61,834 nucleotides of DNA, filler included, from Globobulimina sp. (GCA_003354225.1; 26 parts of 26 records of this genome joined end to end with filler, not necessarily neighbours in it), one strand, 5' to 3'. Shown: positions 23,115 to 35,768, numbered from the whole stretch's first letter. Translations and numbers: made by a program. Notes: generated by a model not told the origin, from the sequence alone.

Positions 23115-23832
23115 GATTCAACAATGTTTTTAAACTGACTTTTTTTTAGAAAATCAAAAACTTAAATTTTCAAAGAGGGTGAACATATCGGAATTATCAG
23201 ATGCACCAATTCACTGAGAAACGTCAAAGAACATATGCGTATCATTAATAGTGTCCAATAGCGTCATAAAATACACTGCAAAATCTCAAATAGCGCAGCA
23301 ACGATGATTTTATAGCATATGGTGTATGTCCGTCATTTATTGCATCATATTTGGAATCATTTGCATGGCAATGCACTCCATAGATAATAATGTTGATTGT
23401 ATCGTAAATTTGTAATCCACCAAAAAGAAATTGTGTTTCTGTTTCTGTTGTTGCTTAATTGTGTTTAAATCACATTCCACGCATCGCGTACTCTGACGTC
23501 AATTATGAACAATAGAATAATTTAGAGAGTCAATTCAGTGCATTGTGCATTGATTGTTAGAAATTATTTGCGAATTGAAAGGAATTTTTTTGTTTTTGTT
23601 TGTTTATTTTTATCCTCGCGCAGGTGGCAATATTCGACCGTGTGAAGTTTAATTACTGATGGCGAATGATTGCTAATTGAAAACTAAAACCAATATCCAT
23701 CTCGCCGACCAATGCCACGAGTATAGGTCGNNNNNNNNNNNNNNNNNNNNNNNNNNNNNNNNNNNNNNNNNNNNTTAATTAATTAANNNNNNNNNNNNNN
23801 NNNNNNNNNNNNNNNNNNNNNNNNNNNNNNCT

Positions 23833-25086
23833 CAACATGGGGCGTGGCGTGAATCGGATTGTGATGCCATGGACTGAGCAGTAAGTACTTCGAAATGCAA
23901 TGATATATTTTCTCAAAAAGTTGGTCCAAACGCCTGGATGAACTCAGCTGGAAATTGGTATTTCTATTTCCATCCATTAGCATTCCGATGGCTATGCGAT
24001 GATGAATATAAACCCAATACTTTCAACGTTCAAATTGGTTCCTCCTCTGGCCGAAGCGTGCAAGGTTGGACAGATATTTCTAAAAAAAGCAGCATGTATA
24101 TGCAATTTGCTAATCCGTGTTGCAATAATTATTATCTTATTAAGTGCACTGCTGATCCTACATTACAACCAACAATCTATCCCTCTGTGGTACCAACATT
24201 GCAACCAACAGCAATACCAACATTACAGCCAACAGTTTATCCCACAGCAATACCGACGATAAACCCCACAAGAAACCCCAGTTTGACACCATCAAATAAG
24301 CCAACATTAACTCCAACAAATAGTCCTACAATTATGCCTTCCAATATTCCCACTGTAACACCTACGTTTGAGCCAACTGAGCAGCCCACCAATGATCCAA
24401 CGCGTGGTCCGTCAAATAATCCAACGCATAATTGGACTGAGACAGATATTGAAGTGATTGAACCAAGTCAACCAACACTTAACCAGACAAATGAAGCACA
24501 TGCAGGAAGGAGTGATTTTATCCATTCACTATCGATTACTATGTATGTTGCGTTTGTTTTGGTGGCATTGATTTTATCCTTTACAGTATGTGGCTGCATT
24601 TGCGGATATACATTGCTGCAGAAACGCAAAAAAACATCCTCCAGAAACGCAAATAATATCAGTAATGTGCAAAATGTTGAGTTGACGAAACAGAAGAATC
24701 TAATTAAACAATCCTCGAATTCTATGGCCAGTGGTGAAGAAAGCAGAAATGCAGAAAAATTATATAGCGTTGCTGTGGGTTCATTATCATCAGTAACTAA
24801 AATTAAACGCGAATGTACAAATGCAGACAATTCACATAATGAGGACATTCTAGCTGAGGAATTGTTTGATTCCGGTTATAGTACCAAAGGTGGCGAAGCA
24901 GTAACTTCTGTGAGCCAGACACGATTGGAACAATGGTTAAACGATGAAGATTTATATAATAACAAGGCTAAACAACAAAATGTATCAAGTGGTGCGTCAG
25001 TGAATCATTTGAATTCAGAAAAGGAACAGATTTCAGTGAATGGACAAGAAAGAGAAGCGGTGGACAGTGTAAATACGACTCGTTGA
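23833..25086 (+). CDS. PT-repeat (mucin-like) single-pass surface protein, 5'-truncated; in-frame TGA at 23875-23877
   Basis: About 20 P-T/S-x-x repeats (24150-24430), one TM helix and a cytoplasmic tail. Confidence 0.8.
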
Positions 25087-25334
25087 GATTAAAAACAACT
25101 TAGATGGTATATTTTGTTCGCAGTGTAAATTCGACCAGCAACAGCTAATTGGATCGGATTTATAGTGCGAACAAAATGTTTCATTTATAAGCTGTTTTTA
25201 ATTTAGTGTAAACTTTTGGTCTTTCAGTGTTGCAAAGTTCTTTGTAAAATAATCAGTTGCTTTTCAAACACAGAAAATGATTGCAATGACATAAAAACAT
25301 AAGAATACACTATTAAAGAAAAAAAAGCTTGAAA

Positions 25335-26112
25335 TCACAGCAAATCATCACCAGACTGCCCAGACTTATATTCATCATTATCATCATCATCGAGTATCAA
25401 ACTATCCATATTTTCTCGATCTCGTATTAGCTCCTTTTCAATCCGCCTTAATCCGTTACGAACCACCCACGCAAAATAACATATTGTAATGAGTAGCACA
25501 ACAACACCAACAATGGTTATAATGAACATGTTTTTGCTATTTCCCGGATTCACAGCAGTTGAGATTTGATATATATTATTGATGGATGCTCCTAAATAGA
25601 CTAACAAACAAAATGTGCGACTGTTTCAAGTACAGTAAATCACAAATTTCCATACCATATATGAACATATTTGGCAATATTCCAACAGCGCCAAAGCAAT
25701 AATCTTTAAATGTCACACTGGTAAAACCCATTACGTCTAACACAACATGCAAACATGCAAATATATTAATGTATAGATAGTGATATAAAACAATAAAAGT
25801 TGCTTAACAGTTAAACAAACAATATGGTGTCATAGGCGATAACCTAAATAACAGTACAACTGTAAATCCATGCTTTTTGACGGCGTTATCAATCAATATA
25901 AATTTTGGATGATTTCGAATTAAGAAAACCAGAGCTTCTCTTAACAAAAATCTGCCAATAAAAAAGCATAAACATGAAGCAATGAAGCAACCTATACTTA
26001 ATACGACAGTCGCATAGCAAATCCCTAACCAAAATCCAAGTATCTCTGAAAAAATAAAGCCGGCACCTAAGCATAATATACTTCCGGTGATCAACACAAT
26101 GCTGCATAGTAC
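25335..26112 (-). CDS. TVP38/TMEM64 (SNARE-associated, DedA/VTT) membrane protein, 5'-truncated, with introns
   Basis: LCLGAGFIF...G...CFFIGRFLLR...GFTVVLLFRLSPMTPYCLFN; last exon VYLGAS. Confidence 0.88.
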
Positions 26113-26324
26113 NNNNNNNNNNNNNNNNNNNNNNNNNNNNNNNNNNNNNNNNNNNNTTAATTAATTAANNNNNNNNNNNNNNNNNNNNNNNNNNNNNNNN
26201 NNNNNNNNNNNNTATGTAAAAAGTGGTAAAAAAGAAATAAATGGGACGTATATAGATAGATAGATGTAAAAAAATAATAATATAAATATGATAGATAGAT
26301 AGATAGATACGTCTTACGTATAGC

Positions 26325-27686
26325 CTATTTTTGTTTTGTTCTATTAATTATTGTATCCCTCATCTTTTGTCTTTGTATTGTCCATACCCGATAATCCCAT
26401 TTAGTGCCAACAGTTAAACTTGGAAATTCGACAATTAATTCAAACAATCTCTTATCACACAATTGCCAAAACACTGACAATTTATCAAATGTCTCTAAAT
26501 CACTTAACAAGTGTTTATATTTATCTTTTTTACCATACGTATTATCCATCAATGTTTTTTGATTCCTTTCATCCATTATTTCATTCATATTGTTTTGATA
26601 ATATTTATCACATTCTTCCATTTCCAAATTTGAATTACAATCTCCAACGGAAACAATACATTGTACAAATCTCACAGCTCGCAAAACATTGGCAAACAAC
26701 CACTCAGATTCAACAATCTTTAATTTTGAATATCCATATTCCATATTATAAACAGATAACATCTTCTTATATAATAATACATTTATATATGGACACAAAT
26801 CTCTAAAAGCAATCTGAAATGGCGAATTTCTTTTACCTTTGAATTTGGTACTTGGATAATTCAAATACCACCAAATAATATCATCTCTTGTTTGTTCCGT
26901 CTGTGTTTTGCTCCCCTTTTTTAATAAAGGAAGCAAACTATTTTGCACTGCATCACTCTCAATCTCATCCATATGTGACTTAAATTGGTGATTAAAATAC
27001 AATTCTTTATTTCTAAATCGATTTTGTAAGCTTTTGTGAAAGTTTTTAGCTCTGGAATATGTTTGCGTAGCTTTCTCACGAATGGAATATAATAATATCG
27101 TTTTAGGAAATAATGTCGCAAGTATTGCCGGAACATATGGAGCGTAGTTGTATGCCGAGCATCTTTCTGCAGAGAATTGACTTAAAAGTGATGCAGAATC
27201 TTGGATAATTAGGGATTTATAATCATCGATTCTACATTCAAATAAAGGATTACCTGTTTTCTTTTTTATTTTTTTAATTTTTGGCTGTGGATTGCATAGA
27301 TTATATTGTGATACATTCCAATTATAAAAATTAGTTGTTCTGATTGGGTATTCATCGCATGGAATACATCTGGACCAATAAAATGTATCTCTGCGTTTAT
27401 AATCATCAATAAATGAGTTAAGAAAGAATGCGTAGATGTCGTTTAATAATGAAGTACCTCCATTTACAGAGCCTATGATTATTAATGATGGCTGAGGTGG
27501 CATTTCATTGCTGCTCTTGTTCAATGGAATGAATTGTTTATGTGATTCGAATTCAGTTATTTCAGTATGTAGCAAGTTGCTTGGATTGATATAGGATTCG
27601 AAGACGATTAAACTTGCAGTAAAAAATACCCACGCCAATAGCGATATTGCGTTGAGACTTGTTTTTCGTGGACATGAAAGTGGCAT
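26325..27686 (-). CDS. Type II membrane sulfotransferase-like protein, degenerate
   Basis: N-terminal anchor; PSLIIIGSVNGGTSLL (5'-PSB-like); PKTILLYSIREKATQTYS (3'-PB-like). Confidence 0.6.
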   Translation of the reverse strand: MPLSCPRKTSLNAISLLAWVFFTASLIVFESYINPSNLLHTEITEFESHKQFIPLNKSSNEMPPQPSLIIIGSVNGGTSLLNDIYAFFLNSFIDDYKRRDTFYWSRCIPCDEYPIRTTNFYNWNVSQYNLCNPQPKIKKIKKKTGNPLFECRIDDYKSLIIQDSASLLSQFSAERCSAYNYAPYVPAILATLFPKTILLYSIREKATQTYSRAKNFHKSLQNRFRNKELYFNHQFKSHMDEIESDAVQNSLLPLLKKGSKTQTEQTRDDIIWWYLNYPSTKFKGKRNSPFQIAFRDLCPYINVLLYKKMLSVYNMEYGYSKLKIVESEWLFANVLRAVRFVQCIVSVGDCNSNLEMEECDKYYQNNMNEIMDERNQKTLMDNTYGKKDKYKHLLSDLETFDKLSVFWQLCDKRLFELIVEFPSLTVGTKWDYRVWTIQRQKMRDTIINRTKQK

Positions 27687-28774
27687 AATTAAAAGTTCTC
27701 AAATCGTTCGACTTGTTTCTTAAAAGTTCTCACATTTTATCCCCGACTAGTCATGCTTAGAGCTTTAACTCAGCTTTCAGGTAACCATAATATCCAACGA
27801 AACCAAAGTATTACAATAACTATATTTTTTGCATAAACAGGTGGTGTTTCTATAGATGGAAGAAAAGATGATGAATTAGTACATAATGAATTGGTAAGAG
27901 GATGAAAATGAATTGGGAGAATTGGTACATATAAAAAGATTAATTTGTAGCAAAGAGAATAAAAATGAATTTTAATTTGAAAATTGGATGAATTTGAGAT
28001 TAAAAAAATCAGATGAAATTGGGTGTGAATTTGGAATTATAATTCGTTTCATTGTAGAAAAATGATATGGACAAGGAAGCGGTGGCGGGGAACTTTTGTT
28101 TGAATATTATTTTCTCGTTGCAAGGATCGTTTGGTTTCATATTAATTAATTGAATTCATCTTTGCGTTAATATTGATACGCAATCGACGATTCATTTGGA
28201 ATATCACATATCATGGATTATATTATGTGTGGAGCAAATAAAATGCTCAATTCAAGCAAGTTAAATTTTACAGACGAATTAGCAAGTGGGACACATTCAT
28301 GTCCTCCGAAAACTTTTTCCAACGCGATGTGTGAGTACTGAAGTATAAGATTTGGCACCGAAGTATCATTTTTTTAATTGACTTTGGCCAACTAAGTGAT
28401 TTTCGAGACCGTTACATTTCATGTCTCCAATGTCTACACTTGTCTTTTAGATTGGCAATCCTAAATATGATTTTTACGAGGGAATTTCGTATAANNNNNN
28501 NNNNNNNNNNNNNNNNNNNNNNNNNNNNNNNNNNNNNNTTAATTAATTAANNNNNNNNNNNNNNNNNNNNNNNNNNNNNNNNNNNNNNNNNNNNATATTA
28601 AAGTAGTTTGCTACAACATACATATTATTATAAAGTCATTACATGTAATACATTTACAAAACATACCAGTCCAATGATGTAGAATCTAGGCACGTGAAAG
28701 ACAAGGATGGTAAGGATAGAGTTCACAGAGGCCGGGTTTTTGTTAAATTTTCAACTTTTCTCACTCACTCACTC

Positions 28775-30326
28775 ATGTTACCCTATATATCAGTTATATG
28801 TTGTTTATTAACAAATGCAATTGCAGGCTCAGGGAAAGGTCCGGTTCTTTTTTTAATACATTAATTAATTCCACCTATATATAATTCTCCATCGTAGCAA
28901 CCTATTACGGAGGAAATGAAGCAGGAAATGCATGCGGTTTCATAGAAGTGGCGAAAAATTCATTCCCGTTTGGCTATTATGCGGCGACAGGCAGCGCTAA
29001 TTTTGACAGTGGCTACGGCTGTGGCAAATGTTTCCAAATCACATGTTTAGGCGCATACGGCACGAATGAACAATGCCGGTGTTCAGACACGACGCCATCA
29101 GTTATTATTCAAACATTAGATCAATGTCCGGAGTGTGACGCCGGCCATTTCGATTTAAATCCAACCGCAATGGCTCGAATTGTAGGTCCTGGCTTATCCG
29201 GTACCTGCGGCATAATTTCCATTTCGTACGAACAGGTCAACTGTGATTACACGGTACCATTCCGGGTGCGAAATAAAGGCGGAACGAGTAAGTATTGGTA
29301 TGGCTTGCATTTGGATAATGTGGCTGGCTCTGGCTCTGTGGATAGCATTCAGTTGAAAAAAGATGGCAATGATATCGGTTATTGCAATAAAGGGCAGGGC
29401 CCTTCGTTTTGGATTTGCACTCCTTCATCGGGCACATTTCCTGCGCCGCCCCTTGATATTACAGTTAATAATCTATGGATGTAATAAATATAAATTTAAT
29501 ATTGTGTGCATGTACAGTTAGTTGATGGAAGTGGATCAAGTGTGACTGCCACGAACTGTATTACCAGTTTTGAAGGCGGTGCGATGATGACTTGCGACGC
29601 AAATTTTGGTTCAATTGGCAGTGGCGGTGGGGGACAAGTTATGTTTCTGTACATATATTTGACATTTCTTTGATATATTGTCTCATTTAACGCGTCCATA
29701 TATAGAGTTCAACCACGACTACAACAACAACCACGACCACCACCACCACACAAAATAACGGAGGCGGAGTGGGCGGAGTTATCACTGTCGCAAATAAACC
29801 AGGACTGAATCAGTGGTGGTATGCAGTGGTATTAACAACAACTAATGGGATCGGAGTGAATTCCGTGAAAATGAAAGCTGCGAATATGGCAGGATATGAA
29901 CAAGGTGTTTCTGAATGGGATTATTATAAATTTACAGCAAATACGCCATATTCGCCACCGTTTGCATTTAAAATTGAGTTAGGTAATGGTAAGGAAGTGG
30001 AGAGGGAGAATGTGATTGCAACATTGAATGAGAATGATTCTGGTGATGTGAGTGTGAGTGCTGCCCTTTTAGTGGATGATGAAAATAAAGCTGCATTAAG
30101 TTGGACGGCATGGTTTGGAATTGGTGTTATTTGCTTTACGGTGATTGGTGGCATTATGCTTTCGATTTGGTGTTTTATTAAACGACGGAAACAGAAAATT
30201 GAGGTTGTATTTGATGAGAAATATGCAGAGGATAATAATGATGCGGCATATAAAGAGGATGAGGAGCCGCAAGAAGAAGAAATTGAAGTTGATGTACAAC
30301 TCACTACTGCACATATTGCAGAATAA
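28775..30326 (+). CDS. Membrane-anchored expansin-like protein (signal, DPBB, CBM63-like, Thr linker, second CBM63-like, TM); introns 28839-28897, 29464-29517, 29638-29705
   Basis: ATYYG...NACGF, GCGKCFQITC, DQCPEC...HFDL...A...I, ISYEQVNC, YWYGLHL; second module WWYAVVL...PPFAFKI; TM WFGIGVICF. Confidence 0.85.
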
Positions 30327-30528
30327 ACTAAATTATAAATCTTTGTATTTTATATTATTAGTTATTAGATATTATTTCTTTGTATTATATTATTCATTCG
30401 TTTACATTGTATTTAATTCATGTTTAATTCGTAGTTAACAATTCTTTTTGAATATCATTACTTGCGATTTGCTGTTCTGTGCCATTGTTACTTAATTTGA
30501 AGTTGAGTTTTTCCATTTTTCAGAGATA

Positions 30529-30876
30529 ATGCCCTATGACCTTGTAAATGGGAATAAAAGAAAAAGATCGAGATCACTCGGCGTATTTAAAGCGCCAAAT
30601 AGAAAGAAAAGAAAATTAAGTGTCGAGGTACGTGATATTATATTACATTCAAAACAGTGTTGCATAATTCAATTATTTTAATCCTAGGAATGTTCCACGA
30701 ACACCTCATGGAAAAATGCGATAAAATCTGGCGATTTATTATTGCTTCAAAATGATACACTCATTAAAATATTAAATGTAATAAAAATCATTTATGCCAC
30801 TCCCTTAAAATCAACATCAAAACAAACTGAATTAAAAATAAACTTATCATTATGTCCATTAATAATTAAACCAAAC
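30529..30876 (+). CDS. 5' fragment of unknown basic protein, one intron
   Basis: ATG, NLS-like KRKR/RKKRK, GT-AG intron about 30628-30687, frame open to contig end. Confidence 0.4.
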
Positions 30877-30976
30877 NNNNNNNNNNNNNNNNNNNNNNNN
30901 NNNNNNNNNNNNNNNNNNNNTTAATTAATTAANNNNNNNNNNNNNNNNNNNNNNNNNNNNNNNNNNNNNNNNNNNN

Positions 30977-32812
30977 CGGCGGTGGCGGCGGCGTATCCGG
31001 TATGTGTACGAGTGTATGGACTGCATCCACCACACCATCAATGATCTCATCTTCGCGCAGTATCTTCTTCAGTCGAAGGTAGTCGTCATGATTGCTGTCG
31101 GTCGGGGTACGATTCGGCAATGATTGCTGTTTAATAATCATTGTGCTTTGCATCATATGTACATGATTACTACCATTGGTATCCACTGTTTCTTTGAGCG
31201 AATATTCCTCGTCTTCTTCGGTGTGTTGTCTGGTCGAGAGATTAAAATCATTATAGGTGGTGCCGGTCATATGGCTCATATCTGTCATTTCTTCCTCGTC
31301 GTCGCCTTCGACAATGGTGGGTGGGAAGGCTTGGTGTAAGGAGGAGGGAGCAGTCACAGCGCGACTATACATACCATTTACCGGCATATTTGCCAATAAA
31401 TCAGGTGTGGAACCTGCTAGTTTGGGTGTGGTGGTTTGGGAATTCTTAGCTTGCGCAGATACTGTATACATGTACAGAAATTTAATGTTTTTCAAGCAAC
31501 TGTTTTTGTGCCAGGATATATAATACCTTTCCTTGACATTGGTAGTGTGGTGAAGTACATTTCAGAATCTCGCGATTGCAGTTCAAATTGTTGTTTTTCG
31601 TCGTAATTTGGCACTAATCCACCGCCACTTTGCTGCGGTAATAACCTGTCGACGTACTGAAAGGAGAAGATTTTAAATGGCAAATCTATATTTTGTGCAG
31701 GTCGCTTTGTGCCATTAGAGACGCCATACAACCAACAGCAGATTCGATATCGCCAACGCATGGATAATTGGAAGAATTCGAGGTTTTCAATGCTTAATTC
31801 GCTCACTAAAAAACGCAGAAACGCTTTGTAGCCATCAAAGGAGGACAATAACTGCGTCAATGGCACTGCGGTGTGAGCCACCATGTACAACGCATGCAAG
31901 GCGTATTTTAATTGCACGATCCATATCAGTGTCAATCCAATGCATAGTATGATATGGGTCGACACCGTGGCGTCACATATGTCCATATTCATATCGGCAT
32001 CAATAAAAATGGTGGAAACACACAAATAAATCGCAAATTGTATCAAGAATATGATGGTTATGCAATGCATTTCCTTTAATATGGAATAACTGTCCAGTCT
32101 GAACTTATTGGCGCGGTGCTTTATGTCGAAATTATCACTTTTTATCCATACGATAATAGAGGCGAATACAGAGGCAATTCCTAGCAACATGCAATTGATC
32201 CATATGTAAAAAAAGGGATTGGTGAATATGATGATGATAATGCATAGAGTGGTCAATAAAAGTGATAAATATATGGTGTATTTCCGTAATATTAATGGAT
32301 TTGTAATGTTGTAGTCTTCTTGTAAAATGATCTCGAATTTGTCCAAGTATTGGTGCCATGTTATTTCGCCCAAATTGAAGGACATGGTGGCGTTGGAGAC
32401 GCCGTGTTGAATGCGTAGCAATGCGAAACGAGAGATGTGTGTTATTATCAGTGGTATGATGGAGATGGTGAATAAAATGGCAGCTATGTGGTTGTCAATG
32501 GAGTAGACTCCAAAATCTACAAAACAAAATAGTGAGGATGTTACGGGGATGATTATTAATAGGATCCATGTTGTTATATATAAATATATTGTCATTAGTT
32601 TTGGTATTCGGATTGCTTGTGTATTTGTTATGTTTTTTGTTTTTGAGATATACGCACCGCAATATGTACAATATAAACATACAGATGTTTTTCTTCTTTG
32701 TGGAGGGTAATATCTTAGTCAATATTCGGTGCAATAAAGTCAATCCCGATGAGATAGACAATAGTAATAATGCAATACACGCGTATTGAGAAAATCCCCA
32801 TTCTTTGCTCAT
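30977..32812 (-). CDS. 7TM-RGS protein, 3'-truncated, two introns
   Basis: About 7 TM helices followed by PLTQLLSSFDGYKAFLRFLVSELSIENLEFF (start of an RGS box). Confidence 0.8.
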
Positions 32813-32870
32813 GATTTTTAAAGGCTGAGCAAATAGAAAAACTTTGACGGTGAAACAAAACATAAACACC

Positions 32871-33258
32871 ATGGGTGACGCTGAAATTGAGAGATTGAAA
32901 CAGGATTTTAATAGAAAAATATTTACAATGGATGAAGTCTCTAAACATAATACAGAAGAATCACCATTCATTGTAGTGTATGGTGCAGTTTATGATATGA
33001 CAGATTTCCAAATGGATCATCCTGGCGGACCTGATGTAATCCAAGATATCTCAGGACTTGGTACGTCTATCAATACATCGATGATTTGTACGCCATGCGG
33101 CATTATGATAAATACTTAGATGCAACCGAGGAATTTGAGAATATATTACACACAGAAAAAGCAAGAAAAATGGGACATAAATATATGAAAGGAAGTATTG
33201 AAGGGGCAGATTTTGAAAAATGGTTAGAAAATATGAACACTGCTAAAAAAAAAGACAT
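32871..33258 (+). CDS. Cytochrome b5-domain protein, 3'-truncated; intron about 33061-33119
   Basis: [31 protein letters not shown]; both heme His ligands present. Confidence 0.93.
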
Positions 33259-33360
33259 NNNNNNNNNNNNNNNNNNNNNNNNNNNNNNNNNNNNNNNNNN
33301 NNTTAATTAATTAANNNNNNNNNNNNNNNNNNNNNNNNNNNNNNNNNNNNNNNNNNNNGT

Positions 33361-34392
33361 GATGAGAAGGGATATATCATATTCCACAAACATTTGATAA
33401 TGAACAATCGGTATTGTGTGGCCCGCAAATTAGGGAAAGGAACATTTAGCAAAGTGTTTGCCTGCACCGATCTGAAAGATGACCTAAATGCGAATAAAGC
33501 TATTAAAGTCATCAGAAACCAACATAAATATCAGATTGCTGCCAAAACAGAGTTGAGGATTTTAAACTATTTAAAACAACATGACCTGAACGATCGGTAC
33601 AATGTAATTAAATTAATCGAATCGTCCTATTTCCAAATGCATCCAATATTTGTGTTTCCGTTATATGGACGTTCATTATATCATTATTTACATGACAATA
33701 ATTTCAGACCATTTCCAGATTCGCACATTAAATGTATTAGCAAACAGGTTTTGGAAGCCGTGCATTACGTACATACGCTGGGAATTATTATCACCGATTT
33801 GAAGCCCGAGAATATTATAATTTGCAACGACAGCTCAGATCGACATTTCTTAGCAGATAACTCTATTTATTACACATTGAAAGAGCAAAAGGTGCGATTG
33901 ATTGATTTTGGAAGTGCAGTATTTGATGGTCCGCCCAATTCAACGCATCACCATTTGATTCAAACGCGGCATTATCGATCACCGGAAGTGATGTTTAGAT
34001 TTAATTGGTCCTATCCTGTGGATGTATGGTCCGTTGGCTGTGTTATTGTGGAATTGACGCACGGCAAAATGCTATTTAATACACATGATACAATCGATCA
34101 TTTCAACCAAATAATTACCGCTATTGGCAGCATTCCAAATGGTATCATGAGAATCATCGATGAAGCGGCTTATAACGAATTCTTTCATTTTGATGGTAAA
34201 TTAGCATTGCACAAAGCAAAAATTTCAAATGTACAATGCAGTAAATTAAAATCATATTTTCATAGTAAATATCATAAAAATATCTATGGATTAGTTAAAA
34301 CAATGTTGACCTGGTCGCCAGAAAAACGCATTACTTGCGCTGAAGCATTGAAGCTCCCATTATTTACGGCAAAGCCCAAACAATCAAAATAA
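33361..34392 (+). CDS. CLK/LAMMER-family CMGC kinase, 5'-truncated
   Basis: LGKGTFSKV, AIKVIR, TDLKPENI, LIDFGSA, IQTRHYRSPEV, WSYPVDVWSVGC, LFNTHD..DH. Confidence 0.92.
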   Translation, partial: DEKGYIIFHKHLIMNNRYCVARKLGKGTFSKVFACTDLKDDLNANKAIKVIRNQHKYQIAAKTELRILNYLKQHDLNDRYNVIKLIESSYFQMHPIFVFPLYGRSLYHYLHDNNFRPFPDSHIKCISKQVLEAVHYVHTLGIIITDLKPENIIICNDSSDRHFLADNSIYYTLKEQKVRLIDFGSAVFDGPPNSTHHHLIQTRHYRSPEVMFRFNWSYPVDVWSVGCVIVELTHGKMLFNTHDTIDHFNQIITAIGSIPNGIMRIIDEAAYNEFFHFDGKLALHKAKISNVQCSKLKSYFHSKYHKNIYGLVKTMLTWSPEKRITCAEALKLPLFTAKPKQSK

Positions 34393-34839
34393 TTATGAAA
34401 GGCAAACGTACCAAAGTATCAAATCAAATCAACAAAACAAACAACTGTACCCTCAATATTTAATTGACCACAATATATAAATTGTACATTTTATAATAAA
34501 TTAAATATTTATTTAAGTTGCCTTAGTTACAATAGTGTTCCCTGAATCAACAATGTTAAGAATTTGTAATGTTTTGGGTATGTTTACAAGTCTTGTTACA
34601 TATTTGTAAGAGCAGAATTACATGCATTGAAATCAATAACTCCTTGAATTGGATTATTAGAAACATCTCAAATGTTTCCTCATCTAACCGTGTAAACTTA
34701 TTATCTGCAATTGATAATAATGCGCAATTGTCATATTTAAATACGTTACTACAGATACGAATTGATAAAATGTTTAAAATCATAATAATGTCCGCTGTTA
34801 AAGTTTTTTACCATTTTTTTCATTTTTATCCAGTTTAAA

Positions 34840-35640
34840 ATGGAGCGCGATATCTTATGTCAATTGATAAAATTTCAACGTAACATATCTAAACTAAACG
34901 ATCAACAATTTATTGCATTGTGCGGTGAACTAATGCGTCAACTAAAACGAACTGAAATTGAATCAATTCTTTTTTGCGGCTTGAATGCGATGAGAATGAG
35001 AGGATGCAGAGCATCATTGCAAGCAAAGGATATTATACAAAGAGCATCCAACATTACAAAGCATATTCAAACAAAACACAAAATAAAACAATTTAATGAA
35101 ACAAATCTAAAACAAAGAAAAATAATCGCTACCAATACAACCACTCAAATCTCAAATTTACCCTCATTTTTAATCAGATATCTTTGCGACTATTTAGATA
35201 TTCAATCATTACTAAAATTGCAACTAATAAACCGATATTTTTGTGTAATAACGCGTCAACATCGCAACTATGCATTGTTATTAACCATATCGCCATATCA
35301 CGCCATAAATAGCGGAGGCGGAGCTGCCTCGGCGCCAAACCATAAACATAGCGCCAACAGCAATTACTTGCATTCAGTGAATGAAAACGCTCTCAATTCT
35401 GGATATTATACCAAATTTTTCGTGCCAATAAAAAAATTAGGCTCCGGCAGCTACGGCCAAGTCTTCCTGGTCAACCACATAATGCATGGCATATTTCTCG
35501 GCAAATTCGCCATGAAAATAATCTGCGTTGGCGATGACTTGAATCGTTTGATTGATATTTTACGCGAAGTCCGCACGTTGCAACAGCTGCATCACAGAAA
35601 CGTCATCGATTACAAACACAGCTGGCTCGAAAATTATCAA
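34840..35640 (+). CDS. F-box-like domain fused to IKS1-like protein kinase, 3'-truncated
   Basis: ISNLPSFLIRYLCDYLD...L.LINRYF (F-box-like); GYYTKFF...LGSGSYGQVFLV.H..HG.FLG.FA.K.I.VGDD...EV..L..L.H.NVIDYKH.WLE (IKS1-type). Confidence 0.75.
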
Positions 35641-35768
35641 NNNNNNNNNNNNNNNNNNNNNNNNNNNNNNNNNNNNNNNNNNNNTTAATTAATTAANNNN
35701 NNNNNNNNNNNNNNNNNNNNNNNNNNNNNNNNNNNNNNNNAACACCAACGCCTGCATCACAATTCAAT

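Noticed and set aside
26250-26310. GATA microsatellite; also AT-rich short repeats at 16230-16400
   Set aside because: Ordinary low-complexity DNA.
27780-28494. Protein-like text on both strands
   Set aside because: Multiple stops and no identifiable motif; at most a decayed pseudogene.
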